A stretch of DNA of 64,000 bases from Chloroflexota bacterium (GTDB lineage: Bacteria; Chloroflexota; Dehalococcoidia; Lucifugimonadales; JADFKI01): the NCBI GenBank assembly GCA_027623195.1, contig JAQBUT010000004.1, forward strand, positions 85,308 to 149,307. Reading direction: 5' to 3'. Under the pieces are notes generated by a model. It was given only the letters and a program-made list of their open reading frames with translations, did not search any database and was not told the origin of the DNA. A program made the position numbers and the translations under genes. Positions within the stretch are counted from its first letter, which is position 1. Every line of letters begins with the position of its first letter. Positions 49,879-58,849 of this stretch are shown one piece after another.

Positions 49879-50874
49879 TTACAGGTTGAACTGTGGATCC
49901 ATGTAATCCTTTTCCTTGGAGTAAACCTGGAGCCTGCCCCGAGTGCTATCAGCGACGATCAGGTTGTCGTTCTCGTCAATGGCAATTCCCACCGGGCGGT
50001 TGAAAAGACCTAGCTTGGTCTTGTCCTTAACTCGGCGATATGCCTTGACCGCATCCGGATTGGCCTCCACCACTTCCTTGGCCCACTTGGAGAACTCTAC
50101 TGCGTCTCCAACAAGCTGCGTTATGATGGTGCCGTCAGCCTCGAAAATCTTCACCAGTTTCTCACCCCAGTCGGACACGTAGACATCGCCCTCGCTGTCA
50201 ACCGCCACGTCAGCCGGATGATCAAGGAAAGCTGCCGGTCCGCCGGTCTCTTGCCCGAATGTAAGGAGATGCGTGCCGTCTGGTGAGAACTTCTGCGCCC
50301 GGTTGTTTCCCCAGTCGGCAACAAAAATGTCGCCATTGGAGTCGACACAAATTCCCCAAGGCCTGTCCATTTGGCCCGGACCAGTCCCGTTGCTACCGAA
50401 AGCAGAGATGAAGTTGCCAGTCTTGGTAAACTTCTTTACCTGGCCAGTGGAGGTCTCCACAACCAGAAGGTTTTCGTCCGCATCGAAGGCTATACCTGAA
50501 GGACTCTGAAGTCCGCCTTCGCCATCCCATTCACTAACCAGCTGCCCGTCGGCATCGAAGACCTTAATGAGCTTCTCAAACTCGTCTGAGCAGTAGACAT
50601 TGCCGTCCTTGTCGACGGCCAGGCTGCAAGGGAAGGTCAACTGTTCGCGTCCGAAGTCCCCGATGAACCGCTCGTCCATGGTTACTTTGCCAATGCGCTT
50701 ATTGGGCGCGACCACTCCACCGGCCCCGTCGTTGCCACGACTTAATACGTAAAGCACGCCACCGGGAGCTACGACCACATCGGTGGGCTGTGTAAAGCCA
50801 TTCCCCGCCGCGGCATTCCTACCGATGGTATGACTATAGTTCCAGGTGCGACCTGCTACAGTCGTTGTTAGCAT
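49879..50874 (-). CDS. NHL-repeat beta-propeller protein
   Basis: Repeated P.GI.VD..G..YV.DWG units. Confidence 0.88.
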   Translation of the reverse strand: MLTTTVAGRTWNYSHTIGRNAAAGNGFTQPTDVVVAPGGVLYVLSRGNDGAGGVVAPNKRIGKVTMDERFIGDFGREQLTFPCSLAVDKDGNVYCSDEFEKLIKVFDADGQLVSEWDGEGGLQSPSGIAFDADENLLVVETSTGQVKKFTKTGNFISAFGSNGTGPGQMDRPWGICVDSNGDIFVADWGNNRAQKFSPDGTHLLTFGQETGGPAAFLDHPADVAVDSEGDVYVSDWGEKLVKIFEADGTIITQLVGDAVEFSKWAKEVVEANPDAVKAYRRVKDKTKLGLFNRPVGIAIDENDNLIVADSTRGRLQVYSKEKDYMDPQFNL

Positions 50875-50980
50875 CGTTCCACCCCTAAATCTTTGGATAT
50901 AGGCGTCCGCCGTAGCGGACGCCTTATGTTCGTTATTTCCGACTCACCGCCGAAGCGAAGAGTTTGTGGACCGATTGGGT

Positions 50981-52123
50981 TTAGCGACCGTTGACCTTGA
51001 CGAACTTCGGCTGTTCGAAATGGCCGTTGACTATGGAAGGAGCATCAAGCTCCATCCAGTCCTCCAGTATGGTGGAGTAAACGCCGCGGTAGTCCAAATT
51101 AGGAACCAAGTCACCCTGTTGCAGGGCCTCTGCGCGCGTCTCAGGGTACTCGCTATAGTAGCCACCCTGCACCCTGGGACCAAGGGCGAATGCAACACCG
51201 GCTGCGCCATGGTCCGTTCCGGAGCCGTTGTCGCGGACTCTACGACCGAACTCAGAGAACATGAACATCACCACGTTCTCATCGGCATTGTGCTCGCGGA
51301 GGTCGTCCCAGAAGTCTGCAACAGCCTCTGAAACCTCAGACCACAACTGCGCGTGGATTGCTCCCTGCGCTGCGTGGGTGTCGAAGCTGCCGTGGCTGGT
51401 GTAGAACACTCGCGTGCCTACTTCAGCGGTGTGAATCATTGCGATGTCCCTTAGCTTTTGGGCTATGGGGCTGCTTCCGTATTCGACACTTGACTCGTAC
51501 TGCTGTGGGGCCACCTTCAGAATGTCGGCGCCCCTAAGAGCATCCAGGCCTGTCTGGCCCAGGTACTCCATGACCTGTCCGGAGCCAATCGCCGGGCCGT
51601 ACATTTTGGCGAAACGATCAAGCACCTGCAGCCTCTGCTGCTCTTGCTCAATGTTGGTGAGCAGGCCGTAAGTAGAGACATCAGCCACGGACGCCACTGA
51701 GACGCCGGGGGCCACAAGCGCTCGTGGAAGCGCCTGGTCAACGTTAACGCCCGTTACTGGGTTTTCGGCGTTGGGGTCAATATGCTTCAAAGCGCGGCCC
51801 AGCCAGCCCTCGGTGCCGACCTTATCCGGCTCGCATGTGTGCCAGATGTCCATCGAGCGGAAGTGGGACCTGGGCGAGTTCTCATAGCCGATGCCATGAA
51901 TTATCGCCATGTCGCCGCTCTCGAAAATGTCCTTCATGGGACCCATCGCCGGGTGCATACCCATCTTGCTGTCGAGCTTTATGATTCGCTCTTCGGGTAT
52001 CTGCAGCGACTTGCGATTGGTGTAGTAATTACCGTCGGTGTACGGAATAATCGTGTTGAAGTAGTCGTTTCCGCCAGTAAGCTGCAGTACAACCAGTACT
52101 GGTGGTTTTGTCGTAGTTGTCAT
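50981..52123 (-). CDS. DUF1501 domain protein
   Basis: VVLQLTGGND..NT, RSHFRSMDIW, FDTH, FSEFGRR..NG.GTDHG. Confidence 0.9.
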   Translation of the reverse strand: MTTTTKPPVLVVLQLTGGNDYFNTIIPYTDGNYYTNRKSLQIPEERIIKLDSKMGMHPAMGPMKDIFESGDMAIIHGIGYENSPRSHFRSMDIWHTCEPDKVGTEGWLGRALKHIDPNAENPVTGVNVDQALPRALVAPGVSVASVADVSTYGLLTNIEQEQQRLQVLDRFAKMYGPAIGSGQVMEYLGQTGLDALRGADILKVAPQQYESSVEYGSSPIAQKLRDIAMIHTAEVGTRVFYTSHGSFDTHAAQGAIHAQLWSEVSEAVADFWDDLREHNADENVVMFMFSEFGRRVRDNGSGTDHGAAGVAFALGPRVQGGYYSEYPETRAEALQQGDLVPNLDYRGVYSTILEDWMELDAPSIVNGHFEQPKFVKVNGR

Positions 52124-52184
52124 TCGTTCCTCCTTACTTTCCTGCTTGGAACTATCAAAGTTCCAATTTAATTATCAGGTCTGC

Positions 52185-53591
52185 TTAGCCGAACTGGTAC
52201 TCCCTGGTCGCGCCGATGAGAGCTAGCATTTCTCCGGTGCGGCGAGCGGATGATTCCGGATCGGCTTGCCAGTTAATATCGCCTTCGCTTTCGGCCTGAG
52301 AAAGAAGCTGTTCGCGAGTGTTGTCGGTTACAGGGAGAGGGCCCATCTGGTTCAGGCACTGCTCCACGAATTCGGTCGGTGACATTACCGGGCCGTTGGC
52401 TCCAGAGACGAGTTCTACGATTCGCTTTACGCCAGGAAGGTCGGTGTTGCTGATCCTGTCAGCCACAAAGTTCACGCGCTTCACAAGGGAACCGCTGTTG
52501 ATCCACTCATGGCCCGTATGCCAACCTTCGACGCTTGGAGGATCAAGTATTTCCTGACCCATATAGCCTGACTCGCGCGCCATCGATTCCAACCGAGGAT
52601 CAGGACCGGTCAAGTCACCAGTCATGCGAAGCGTGCCAACCACAACCTCGACGGGGTTTCTGACCTTCTTATACTGAGCCTCTTTGAAGAAGTCGGAGTT
52701 GAACAGCACACGGAGCACCGGAAGGATCTCGTAATTGTTGTCCACCAGCGTTTTCGCAAGAAGCTCTACCGCAGCAGGATTCCTGGGAGGATCGATGTTC
52801 CACGCTGGAACCTGCTCCTCGTCTTCCACGAAGAAGTTGTAAAGGTGCCGAGCAATGAACTTGGAGCAGGCAGGCTGCTTCAAGATGATGTCGATGATGT
52901 CCTCGCCATTGAAATTGCCGACATTACCGAGGAATGTCTTCTCAGAGTCGTCGTGGTCTTCCGGACGATACTCGAAACTCCAGGCGTGACGGCCATATGG
53001 ATAACGAGGTATCTTCGCGCCAATAGTCCAGCCGGTGAAGGCCCTGGAGCACTCAAAAACGTCCTTCTCGGTGTAGTTGCCTACGCCAAGCGTGAACAGC
53101 TCGAGAAGCTCTCGGCCCCAGTTTTCGTTGGGGGCGGCCTTGTGGTTCTCGTTATTGTCCAGCCAGTAAATCATCGCGGGGTCGCTGGCAAGCTTTACCA
53201 AAAGGGTTCGATAATTGCCCATGCCCTCATCGCGGAACATCTGGATCTGGTCAAGAAGATGGTTGCAGTTGTCAACCTTAGAGTTGCCAGTGGCGAACAC
53301 ATGGTGCCAGAACAGGGCGACCTTCTCCTGCAACGGGCGCTTGGTGTTTACCATCCAGTACAGCCAGTTGGCCTGCCCTGGAACCGCGGCCCCTCCTGGT
53401 ATCTCTGTGATCGGGTGATATCGATAAAGAGTATAGTCGTCGACGGGTTCCTGGCTCTCGTAGTCGAGTAGCGTCTCGACGGTAGCCTCGTAGCCGTCTT
53501 CAGCCATTGCCTCGACCTCATCCCGTGTGGCGCCAAATCCCGCGCGCCTCATCAGATGGGAAAACAGAGCTATGTCTTCTTTAGTGGCCAT
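52185..53591 (-). CDS. DUF1800 domain protein
   Basis: HL.RRAGFG, LQEK..LFWH..F, AM..WLDN..N....PNENWGRELLELFTLG, PPSV.GW. Confidence 0.92.
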   Translation of the reverse strand: MATKEDIALFSHLMRRAGFGATRDEVEAMAEDGYEATVETLLDYESQEPVDDYTLYRYHPITEIPGGAAVPGQANWLYWMVNTKRPLQEKVALFWHHVFATGNSKVDNCNHLLDQIQMFRDEGMGNYRTLLVKLASDPAMIYWLDNNENHKAAPNENWGRELLELFTLGVGNYTEKDVFECSRAFTGWTIGAKIPRYPYGRHAWSFEYRPEDHDDSEKTFLGNVGNFNGEDIIDIILKQPACSKFIARHLYNFFVEDEEQVPAWNIDPPRNPAAVELLAKTLVDNNYEILPVLRVLFNSDFFKEAQYKKVRNPVEVVVGTLRMTGDLTGPDPRLESMARESGYMGQEILDPPSVEGWHTGHEWINSGSLVKRVNFVADRISNTDLPGVKRIVELVSGANGPVMSPTEFVEQCLNQMGPLPVTDNTREQLLSQAESEGDINWQADPESSARRTGEMLALIGATREYQFG

Positions 53592-53677
53592 GCATGTCCT
53601 CCTTACAATTATTTGCTTGACTGTAATAAGTTACTGCCATTGCATTCATAGCAACCACAACATACGTCAGGTACACG

Positions 53678-54166
53678 TCACCCCCTTTCTCCCTTTTCGC
53701 TATCTGTCAAAGAAGAGACTAGAGGTTCGCCCTGACAATCCGGGCACACGCCGTAAAAGTCCACTCGGCGGCGCAGTATACGGTATCCCGTGGAGTCGGA
53801 AATTTCCTCGAAAGGATCTTTTAACTCCGCGATATCCAGATCTTCAACCTTCTCGCATACCTCGCAGACGAGGTGCGGGTGAGATCTAGGAATACGTCCG
53901 TCATAACGATTCGAAGCGCCGCTAAATTCGATCTCCAGTACTTGACCAGTATCTTTTAGCAGCTCAATGGTGTTGTAAATCGTCGCGAGGCTAGTGCCGG
54001 GGTAGTAACGCTTCACGCCCTCGTGAATTTCGCTGACTGAAGGGTGGCGATCACTGGCTAGGAGTACCTCCAGAAGCTGCTCTCGGCGGGGCGTTATGGT
54101 GACGCCTCGATCACTCAAGGCTGCCTTCATTTCGCCAAGCCTAATCTGTAGGCCTTCGCTTAGCAT
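53678..54166 (-). CDS. perR: Fur-family transcriptional regulator, PerR-like
   Basis: T.RR, HPS, SLATIYNT, RYD...HPHLVC..C, C..C. Confidence 0.75.
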   Translation of the reverse strand: MLSEGLQIRLGEMKAALSDRGVTITPRREQLLEVLLASDRHPSVSEIHEGVKRYYPGTSLATIYNTIELLKDTGQVLEIEFSGASNRYDGRIPRSHPHLVCEVCEKVEDLDIAELKDPFEEISDSTGYRILRRRVDFYGVCPDCQGEPLVSSLTDSEKGERG

Positions 54167-54220
54167 AGGTATTTCACCATGGTGTTCGCCCTATATTCGC
54201 TAATGTGAAAAATTACACCA

Positions 54221-54237
54221 ATTAGAATCATTCTAAT
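54221..54237. promoter_or_regulatory. PerR/Fur box
   Basis: Perfect 8-1-8 palindrome ATTAGAAT-C-ATTCTAAT about 55 bp upstream of the perR-like start; resembles the Per box TTATAATnATTATAA. Confidence 0.7.
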
Positions 54238-54593
54238 AGCCCGTTTGCGGTAAGATAATAGAACCCACAAAAAATGTCAAGTGCGACTTTTTTTATGTAT
54301 TGCTTAATTGTAACAAACCCTGTTTAGACTGGAAATTGACGATTCGCGGACCCGGTCAAGCGGCCACCTGATGTTGCAACGTAAACGGTCCGTAATTGAA
54401 CTTTTGTCTGACTTAACGACTGCCCGGTGGCCATGGTAATTGACCCAACGCGCCCAAACAATGCCAGTATCGGCGTTGACCGCATCACACAGGCGTCCAT
54501 ATAATCAAGCAATAGTCTATTGCGGGCCAGATGGACCGCCCTCTGGCTAAGCTTAGGCAACGACAACGAAGCGCCGCCCGCGGGGAGATACAT

Positions 54594-56063
54594 ATGTCCA
54601 TACAGCCGGTCATACTGGCCGGAGGCTCCGGCACCAGGCTTTGGCCTTTGTCGCGAGAACTCTACCCCAAACAGTTCCTCCCTTTAATGGGGGAACGCTC
54701 TCTGCTTCAGGAGACTGTCAGCCGACTTGAAGGCCTGACGGACGTAGCTGCGCCTATCGTTGTCTGCAACGAGGAGCACCGCTTTCTGGTTGCAGAGCAG
54801 ATGCGCCAGATGGACATACAACCAAAAGCTATTGCTCTCGAACCGGAAGGACGAAACACTGCACCGGCTCTCACCTTAGCAGCCCTTATCCTATGCAATG
54901 CGTTAGGCCCTGACTCCCAGCCCAGCGGAGACGACGACGTAATGCTGGTGATGCCGGCCGACCATGTGATAAATGACGTTCCAGCCTTCCAGGCGGCCCT
55001 ACAAAACGGGGCCAAGCTGGCAAAGAATGGAAGCCTTGTAACCTTCGGCATAGTCCCTACATCACCGGAGACAGGCTACGGTTACATTCACAAGGGGGTA
55101 TCCGAAGAATCGGCGTTCCATGTGGCCGAATTCGTTGAAAAACCAGACGTGGACTCGGCAAAAAATATGCTGGCAAGCAAAGACTACCTCTGGAACAGCG
55201 GGCTTTTCATGATGCAGCCCTCTGTTTGGTTACGTGAGCTAGGCCGCCACAGGCCAGATATCGCCGAGGCGTGCGAGGCGGCACATGCAGCCAGCCACCT
55301 GGACGGCGATTTCTACCGGCCCGACAGGGAACTCTTCGCGGCGTGCCCATCCGAATCGATAGACTATGCGGTAATGGAGCGAGTCGGCGCATCGGGCAGC
55401 GAAGGCACGTCTACGTGCCTGGTCGTTCCGCTGGAAGTAGGATGGTCCGACCTGGGCGCATGGTCCACACTTTGGGAGCAGGGCGCCAAGGATGCTAACG
55501 GCAACCTGATCCAGGGCGACGTGTACGCCCACCCTTCTATGAAGGATTCTCTGCTTATTAGCCAGAATCGGATGGTCGCTGCGGTTGGCCTCAAGGACGT
55601 CATCGTAGTAGAAACGGCAGACGCGGTCCTCGTTGCCCACAAGAACAGCGTTCAAGATGTTAAGGACCTGGTTGCCCGCCTTAAAGGTGAGAAGCGCCCG
55701 GAGCAGCATAACCACCGTAAGGTGCACCGGCCCTGGGGCAGCTACGAGACTGTGGACGTCGGAGGCAGATTCCAGGTGAAACGGCTTTCGGTGAATCCAG
55801 GTGCGGCGCTTTCCCTGCAGATGCACCACCACAGGGCAGAGCACTGGGTCGTCGTCACAGGAACAGCCAAAGTCACCAGGGGCGACGAGGAGTTCCTCCT
55901 CACGGAAAATCAGTCCACTTACGTTCCTGTAGGGGTGCAGCACCGACTAGAAAACCCAGGGACCATCACCACGGAGATAATCGAAGTGCAGACCGGCGGC
56001 TACCTGGAGGAAGACGATATAGTCCGGCTCGAGGACCGATACAACCGGCATCACGAGGACTAA
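54594..56063 (+). CDS. manC: Mannose-1-phosphate guanylyltransferase/mannose-6-phosphate isomerase
   Basis: ILAGGSGTRLWPLSR..PKQF, EP.GRNTAPA, FVEKP, GWSDLG, RPWG, SLQMHHHRAEHW. Confidence 0.95.
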   Translation: MSIQPVILAGGSGTRLWPLSRELYPKQFLPLMGERSLLQETVSRLEGLTDVAAPIVVCNEEHRFLVAEQMRQMDIQPKAIALEPEGRNTAPALTLAALILCNALGPDSQPSGDDDVMLVMPADHVINDVPAFQAALQNGAKLAKNGSLVTFGIVPTSPETGYGYIHKGVSEESAFHVAEFVEKPDVDSAKNMLASKDYLWNSGLFMMQPSVWLRELGRHRPDIAEACEAAHAASHLDGDFYRPDRELFAACPSESIDYAVMERVGASGSEGTSTCLVVPLEVGWSDLGAWSTLWEQGAKDANGNLIQGDVYAHPSMKDSLLISQNRMVAAVGLKDVIVVETADAVLVAHKNSVQDVKDLVARLKGEKRPEQHNHRKVHRPWGSYETVDVGGRFQVKRLSVNPGAALSLQMHHHRAEHWVVVTGTAKVTRGDEEFLLTENQSTYVPVGVQHRLENPGTITTEIIEVQTGGYLEEDDIVRLEDRYNRHHED

Positions 56064-56223
56064 TGCCCTCTGTAGCACAACGGCCTCCCCTGCCCAGCCT
56101 AGGCCACATAACTTGCCTCGCCAATAACTGCTGCAATACCCATTTACAGGATGTACAATAATTTGGAACCTCTGCCGTTAACGTTGGCGTTAACCAAGTA
56201 ATCACGACTTCTAGGTGTTGTTA

Positions 56224-57426
56224 ATGACTCAAACCGACCTCCCCCCGTCAGAAGTGCCTATGCTGCCGGCCCGTACCCTCCTGGGGCCTGGACCAAGCAA
56301 CGTAGACCCACGGGTGCTGCAAGCCATGACCCAGGGCATGATCGGCTACCTGGACCCCGAATTCACGAAGATCATGGACGAAGTCACGGACCTGATTCGT
56401 CGTGTTTACAAGACCGCCGATGGCCGCACGATGGCCCTGTCGGGAACGGGGATGTCGGGAATGGAAGCCGGGTTGGCCAGCCTGCTCGAGCCCGGCGATA
56501 CGGTGGTCATGTGCCTCTACGGATACTTCTGCGAGCGCATGGTGGAGATAGGCACGAGAGTACGGGCCAACGTAATACCATTAAGGTCTGATTGGGGAGG
56601 TCCTTTCCCTGAGGAGATGCTAGAGCAGGAGCTTAAGAAGCATAAGAATGTGAAAGTCGTCGCCACGGTACATGCTGAGACCTCTACAGGGGTGCTACAG
56701 CCTCTAGAGGGACTGTCCAAGCTGGCAAAGGCCCATGATGCACTGTTCATGGTGGACGCCGTGACCTCACTAGGCGGCGTAAATGTGGCCTTTGACGACT
56801 GGGGTATGGATTACGCTTATTCGGCCACTCAGAAGTGCCTGGGATGTCCTCCTGGCCTGTCCCCCGTCTCGCTTAGCGAACGAGCCTTGCACACCGCCCA
56901 GAACCGAATTGAGAAGCCATTCACCTGGTATCTGGATCTTGGAATGCTGGCTAATTACTGGGGATGGGGAGAGCAGCGTGTTTACCATCACACGGCGCCA
57001 GTGAGCATGATACTCGCGCTAAGGGAGGGCCTAAGGCTAGTCTTAGAGGAGGGCCTGGATAACAGGTTCCAGCGCCATGCAACGAATGCAGCAGCCCTGG
57101 TGGCTGGCCTGGAAGCGTTAGGTCTGAAGCTGGTTGTGCCGGCAGGGCATCGCCTCAACCAGATAACACTGGTGTGGATACCAGAAGGCATAAACGACAT
57201 GGACGTCAGAGGTCGGCTTCTAAAGGGTCACGGCATTGAGATAGGCGCTGGTCTAGGCGATTTCGCTGGTAAGGTGTGGCGTATAGGACTTATGGGCGAG
57301 TCCAGCAAGGCGGAAAACGTGATCACGCTGCTATCTGCGCTGGAGAAGATACTTCCCGAAGTCGGTTTCGAGGTTGGCAAGGGCGCCGGCGTAAAGGCTG
57401 CCGAGGACTCCCTGGCCTCCAGTTAG
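56224..57426 (+). CDS. Class V aminotransferase (alanine-glyoxylate/serine-pyruvate type)
   Basis: LLGPGPS, VHAETSTG, VDAVTS, SATQKCL (PLP lysine), YHHTAP, WRIGLMG. Confidence 0.93.
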   Translation: MTQTDLPPSEVPMLPARTLLGPGPSNVDPRVLQAMTQGMIGYLDPEFTKIMDEVTDLIRRVYKTADGRTMALSGTGMSGMEAGLASLLEPGDTVVMCLYGYFCERMVEIGTRVRANVIPLRSDWGGPFPEEMLEQELKKHKNVKVVATVHAETSTGVLQPLEGLSKLAKAHDALFMVDAVTSLGGVNVAFDDWGMDYAYSATQKCLGCPPGLSPVSLSERALHTAQNRIEKPFTWYLDLGMLANYWGWGEQRVYHHTAPVSMILALREGLRLVLEEGLDNRFQRHATNAAALVAGLEALGLKLVVPAGHRLNQITLVWIPEGINDMDVRGRLLKGHGIEIGAGLGDFAGKVWRIGLMGESSKAENVITLLSALEKILPEVGFEVGKGAGVKAAEDSLASS

Positions 57427-57490
57427 CCTGCTTTAGTGAAGGCCAGGGAGCTCCTTGAACCTAGAGTAACGCTCCCCATGGGGGGAGGCG

Positions 57491-57712
57491 TTACGCCACT
57501 TCTCCCATTTCGAACCCGCCGCCCGCCATCATTGCGGCCATTCGCCCCGGGGATATTACGTCCTTCGTGTGTCCACACTGAAGGCAGGTATTGAACTCGC
57601 TATATATGTCCCTACCCTGGTGCATATCTCCTCCACACCGTGTGCAGCACTTGAATTGCAAAAGCCTACCCGACTGATTAACCAGTGCAGACCGATTGGC
57701 ACGCGTTTCCAT
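57491..57712 (-). CDS. Small Zn-ribbon protein
   Basis: CTRCGGDM...CLQCG; GGAGG RBS before ATG 57712. Confidence 0.7.
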   Translation of the reverse strand: METRANRSALVNQSGRLLQFKCCTRCGGDMHQGRDIYSEFNTCLQCGHTKDVISPGRMAAMMAGGGFEMGEVA

Positions 57713-57772
57713 AATCCAGCTCCTCCCAATTGCCTCTTCGTTATTTTTGTATTGCCTGGGTAAAGTTGGCAT

Positions 57773-57849
57773 AATTTAGAACATTCGTACGGTCCAGTCA
57801 ATATACCGTGAAGGTCAATATTTAACGAATCCAAACGAATGTGCTAAAT
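57773..57849 (-). promoter_or_regulatory. Promoter with a LexA-like box and an inverted 15-bp operator pair
   Basis: Minus strand TTGACT-17-TAAATT; GAAC-ATTC-GTAC (57779-57790) in the spacer; ATTTAGAACATTCGT (57774-57788) versus inverted copy at 57835-57849 (14/15 identical). Confidence 0.55.
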
Positions 57850-57875
57850 CGGAACACCGGCATGTGGCGGCCAAA

Positions 57876-57910
57876 TAAAAAAGGGCAGAGCCTATTGGCC
57901 CCGCCCTTTG
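57876..57910 (-). terminator. Intrinsic terminator after HU
   Basis: AAAGGGC...GCCCTTT stem with T-tract on the minus strand. Confidence 0.65.
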
Positions 57911-57935
57911 ACTTTGCGTTCTATTTTTAAGAGAT

Positions 57936-58226
57936 CTAGTTAGCGGCCTTGCTTAGCTCCGCCCCTGCTGTGAATCCCACACGCTTGTGCGCTGGGACTG
58001 TTATCAAATTGCCAGCCTGACCGCCCCTAATGGGACGTACCTTCCTGGCCTTCACCTGACGTACCTCGAAGGATCCAAATCCAGTTAGAACTACTCTGTC
58101 ACCAGACGACAAGGCATCCTGGATGCTGTCCAGTACGGCGTTTAAAGACGCCTCGCCCTGTGCCTTCGAACCCTTCATCTTCGACGCGACACGTCCTGCC
58201 ATGTCACTCTTTCGTAGGGTTGCCAT
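57936..58226 (-). CDS. hup: HU-family DNA-binding protein
   Basis: K.D....VA, L..GD.V.L.GFGSFEV, VPA....F.AG..L. Confidence 0.9.
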   Translation of the reverse strand: MATLRKSDMAGRVASKMKGSKAQGEASLNAVLDSIQDALSSGDRVVLTGFGSFEVRQVKARKVRPIRGGQAGNLITVPAHKRVGFTAGAELSKAAN

Positions 58227-58465
58227 AAGTATGTACCTCCTTGAGCCTTATGAAATGCTTACTCTCGACGCCACCCCCTGAATCTCGATTGCGATAATAT
58301 TTACAAAATATTGGCCTGTCAATAACTACACTCACGAATGCAATAAAACTTGGCTGTAGGAACATGAAATGCCCGCAATAAAAACCTTTTTACCTTCCGA
58401 AAAGTCCGGCAAACGAGCTTCGAAATCTTAGCCAATAATAAGGCGACGATAACGGAACCGAGGGA

Positions 58466-58474
58466 TGGTATAAT
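58466..58474 (+). promoter_or_regulatory. Extended -10 promoter of ssrA
   Basis: TGGTATAAT 11 nt upstream of the mature tmRNA 5' end. Confidence 0.6.
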
Positions 58475-58485
58475 GTGTAGTAAGT

Positions 58486-58849
58486 GGGGACGCGTGGTTT
58501 CGACAGGGGATTAACTTCGAAGGATTGCAGGTCGAGGCGCCATCATCACCTCGTAAAAAGGTGGCAAAAAAATTAATTGGCAACTCACAAGAGTACGCCC
58601 TAGCCGCCTAATTTAGGTGACTACATCCATGGTTTCTTCTCCTCGAGGGAGGCTAATGGGTGATATAACATCGAGGTGCTGCCCGATTTACGCCGATATT
58701 GAGGGCCTAAGACTTATCGGCTGTGGGTTTGCAGTCGCTCCCCGCTGGAAGGTGCTGCCGACTCAAGATTAAAAATTCCGGCTAAGCCTGTAGTATATCC
58801 TCGTAGTCGTTTTCTGGACGGGGAGTTCGACCCTCCCCCGTCTCCACCA
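58486..58849 (+). ncRNA. ssrA: tmRNA; tag peptide GNSQEYALAA (58579-58611)
   Basis: 5' GGGGACG..TTTCGAC; 3' T-arm GGGGAGTTCGACCCTCCCC and CGTCTCCACCA acceptor end; internal ORF ending YALAA-stop. Confidence 0.96.

Noticed and set aside
58810..58849. Stand-alone tRNA gene
   Set aside because: The T-arm and acceptor end pair with the 5' end at 58486 and enclose a tag ORF, so this is tmRNA
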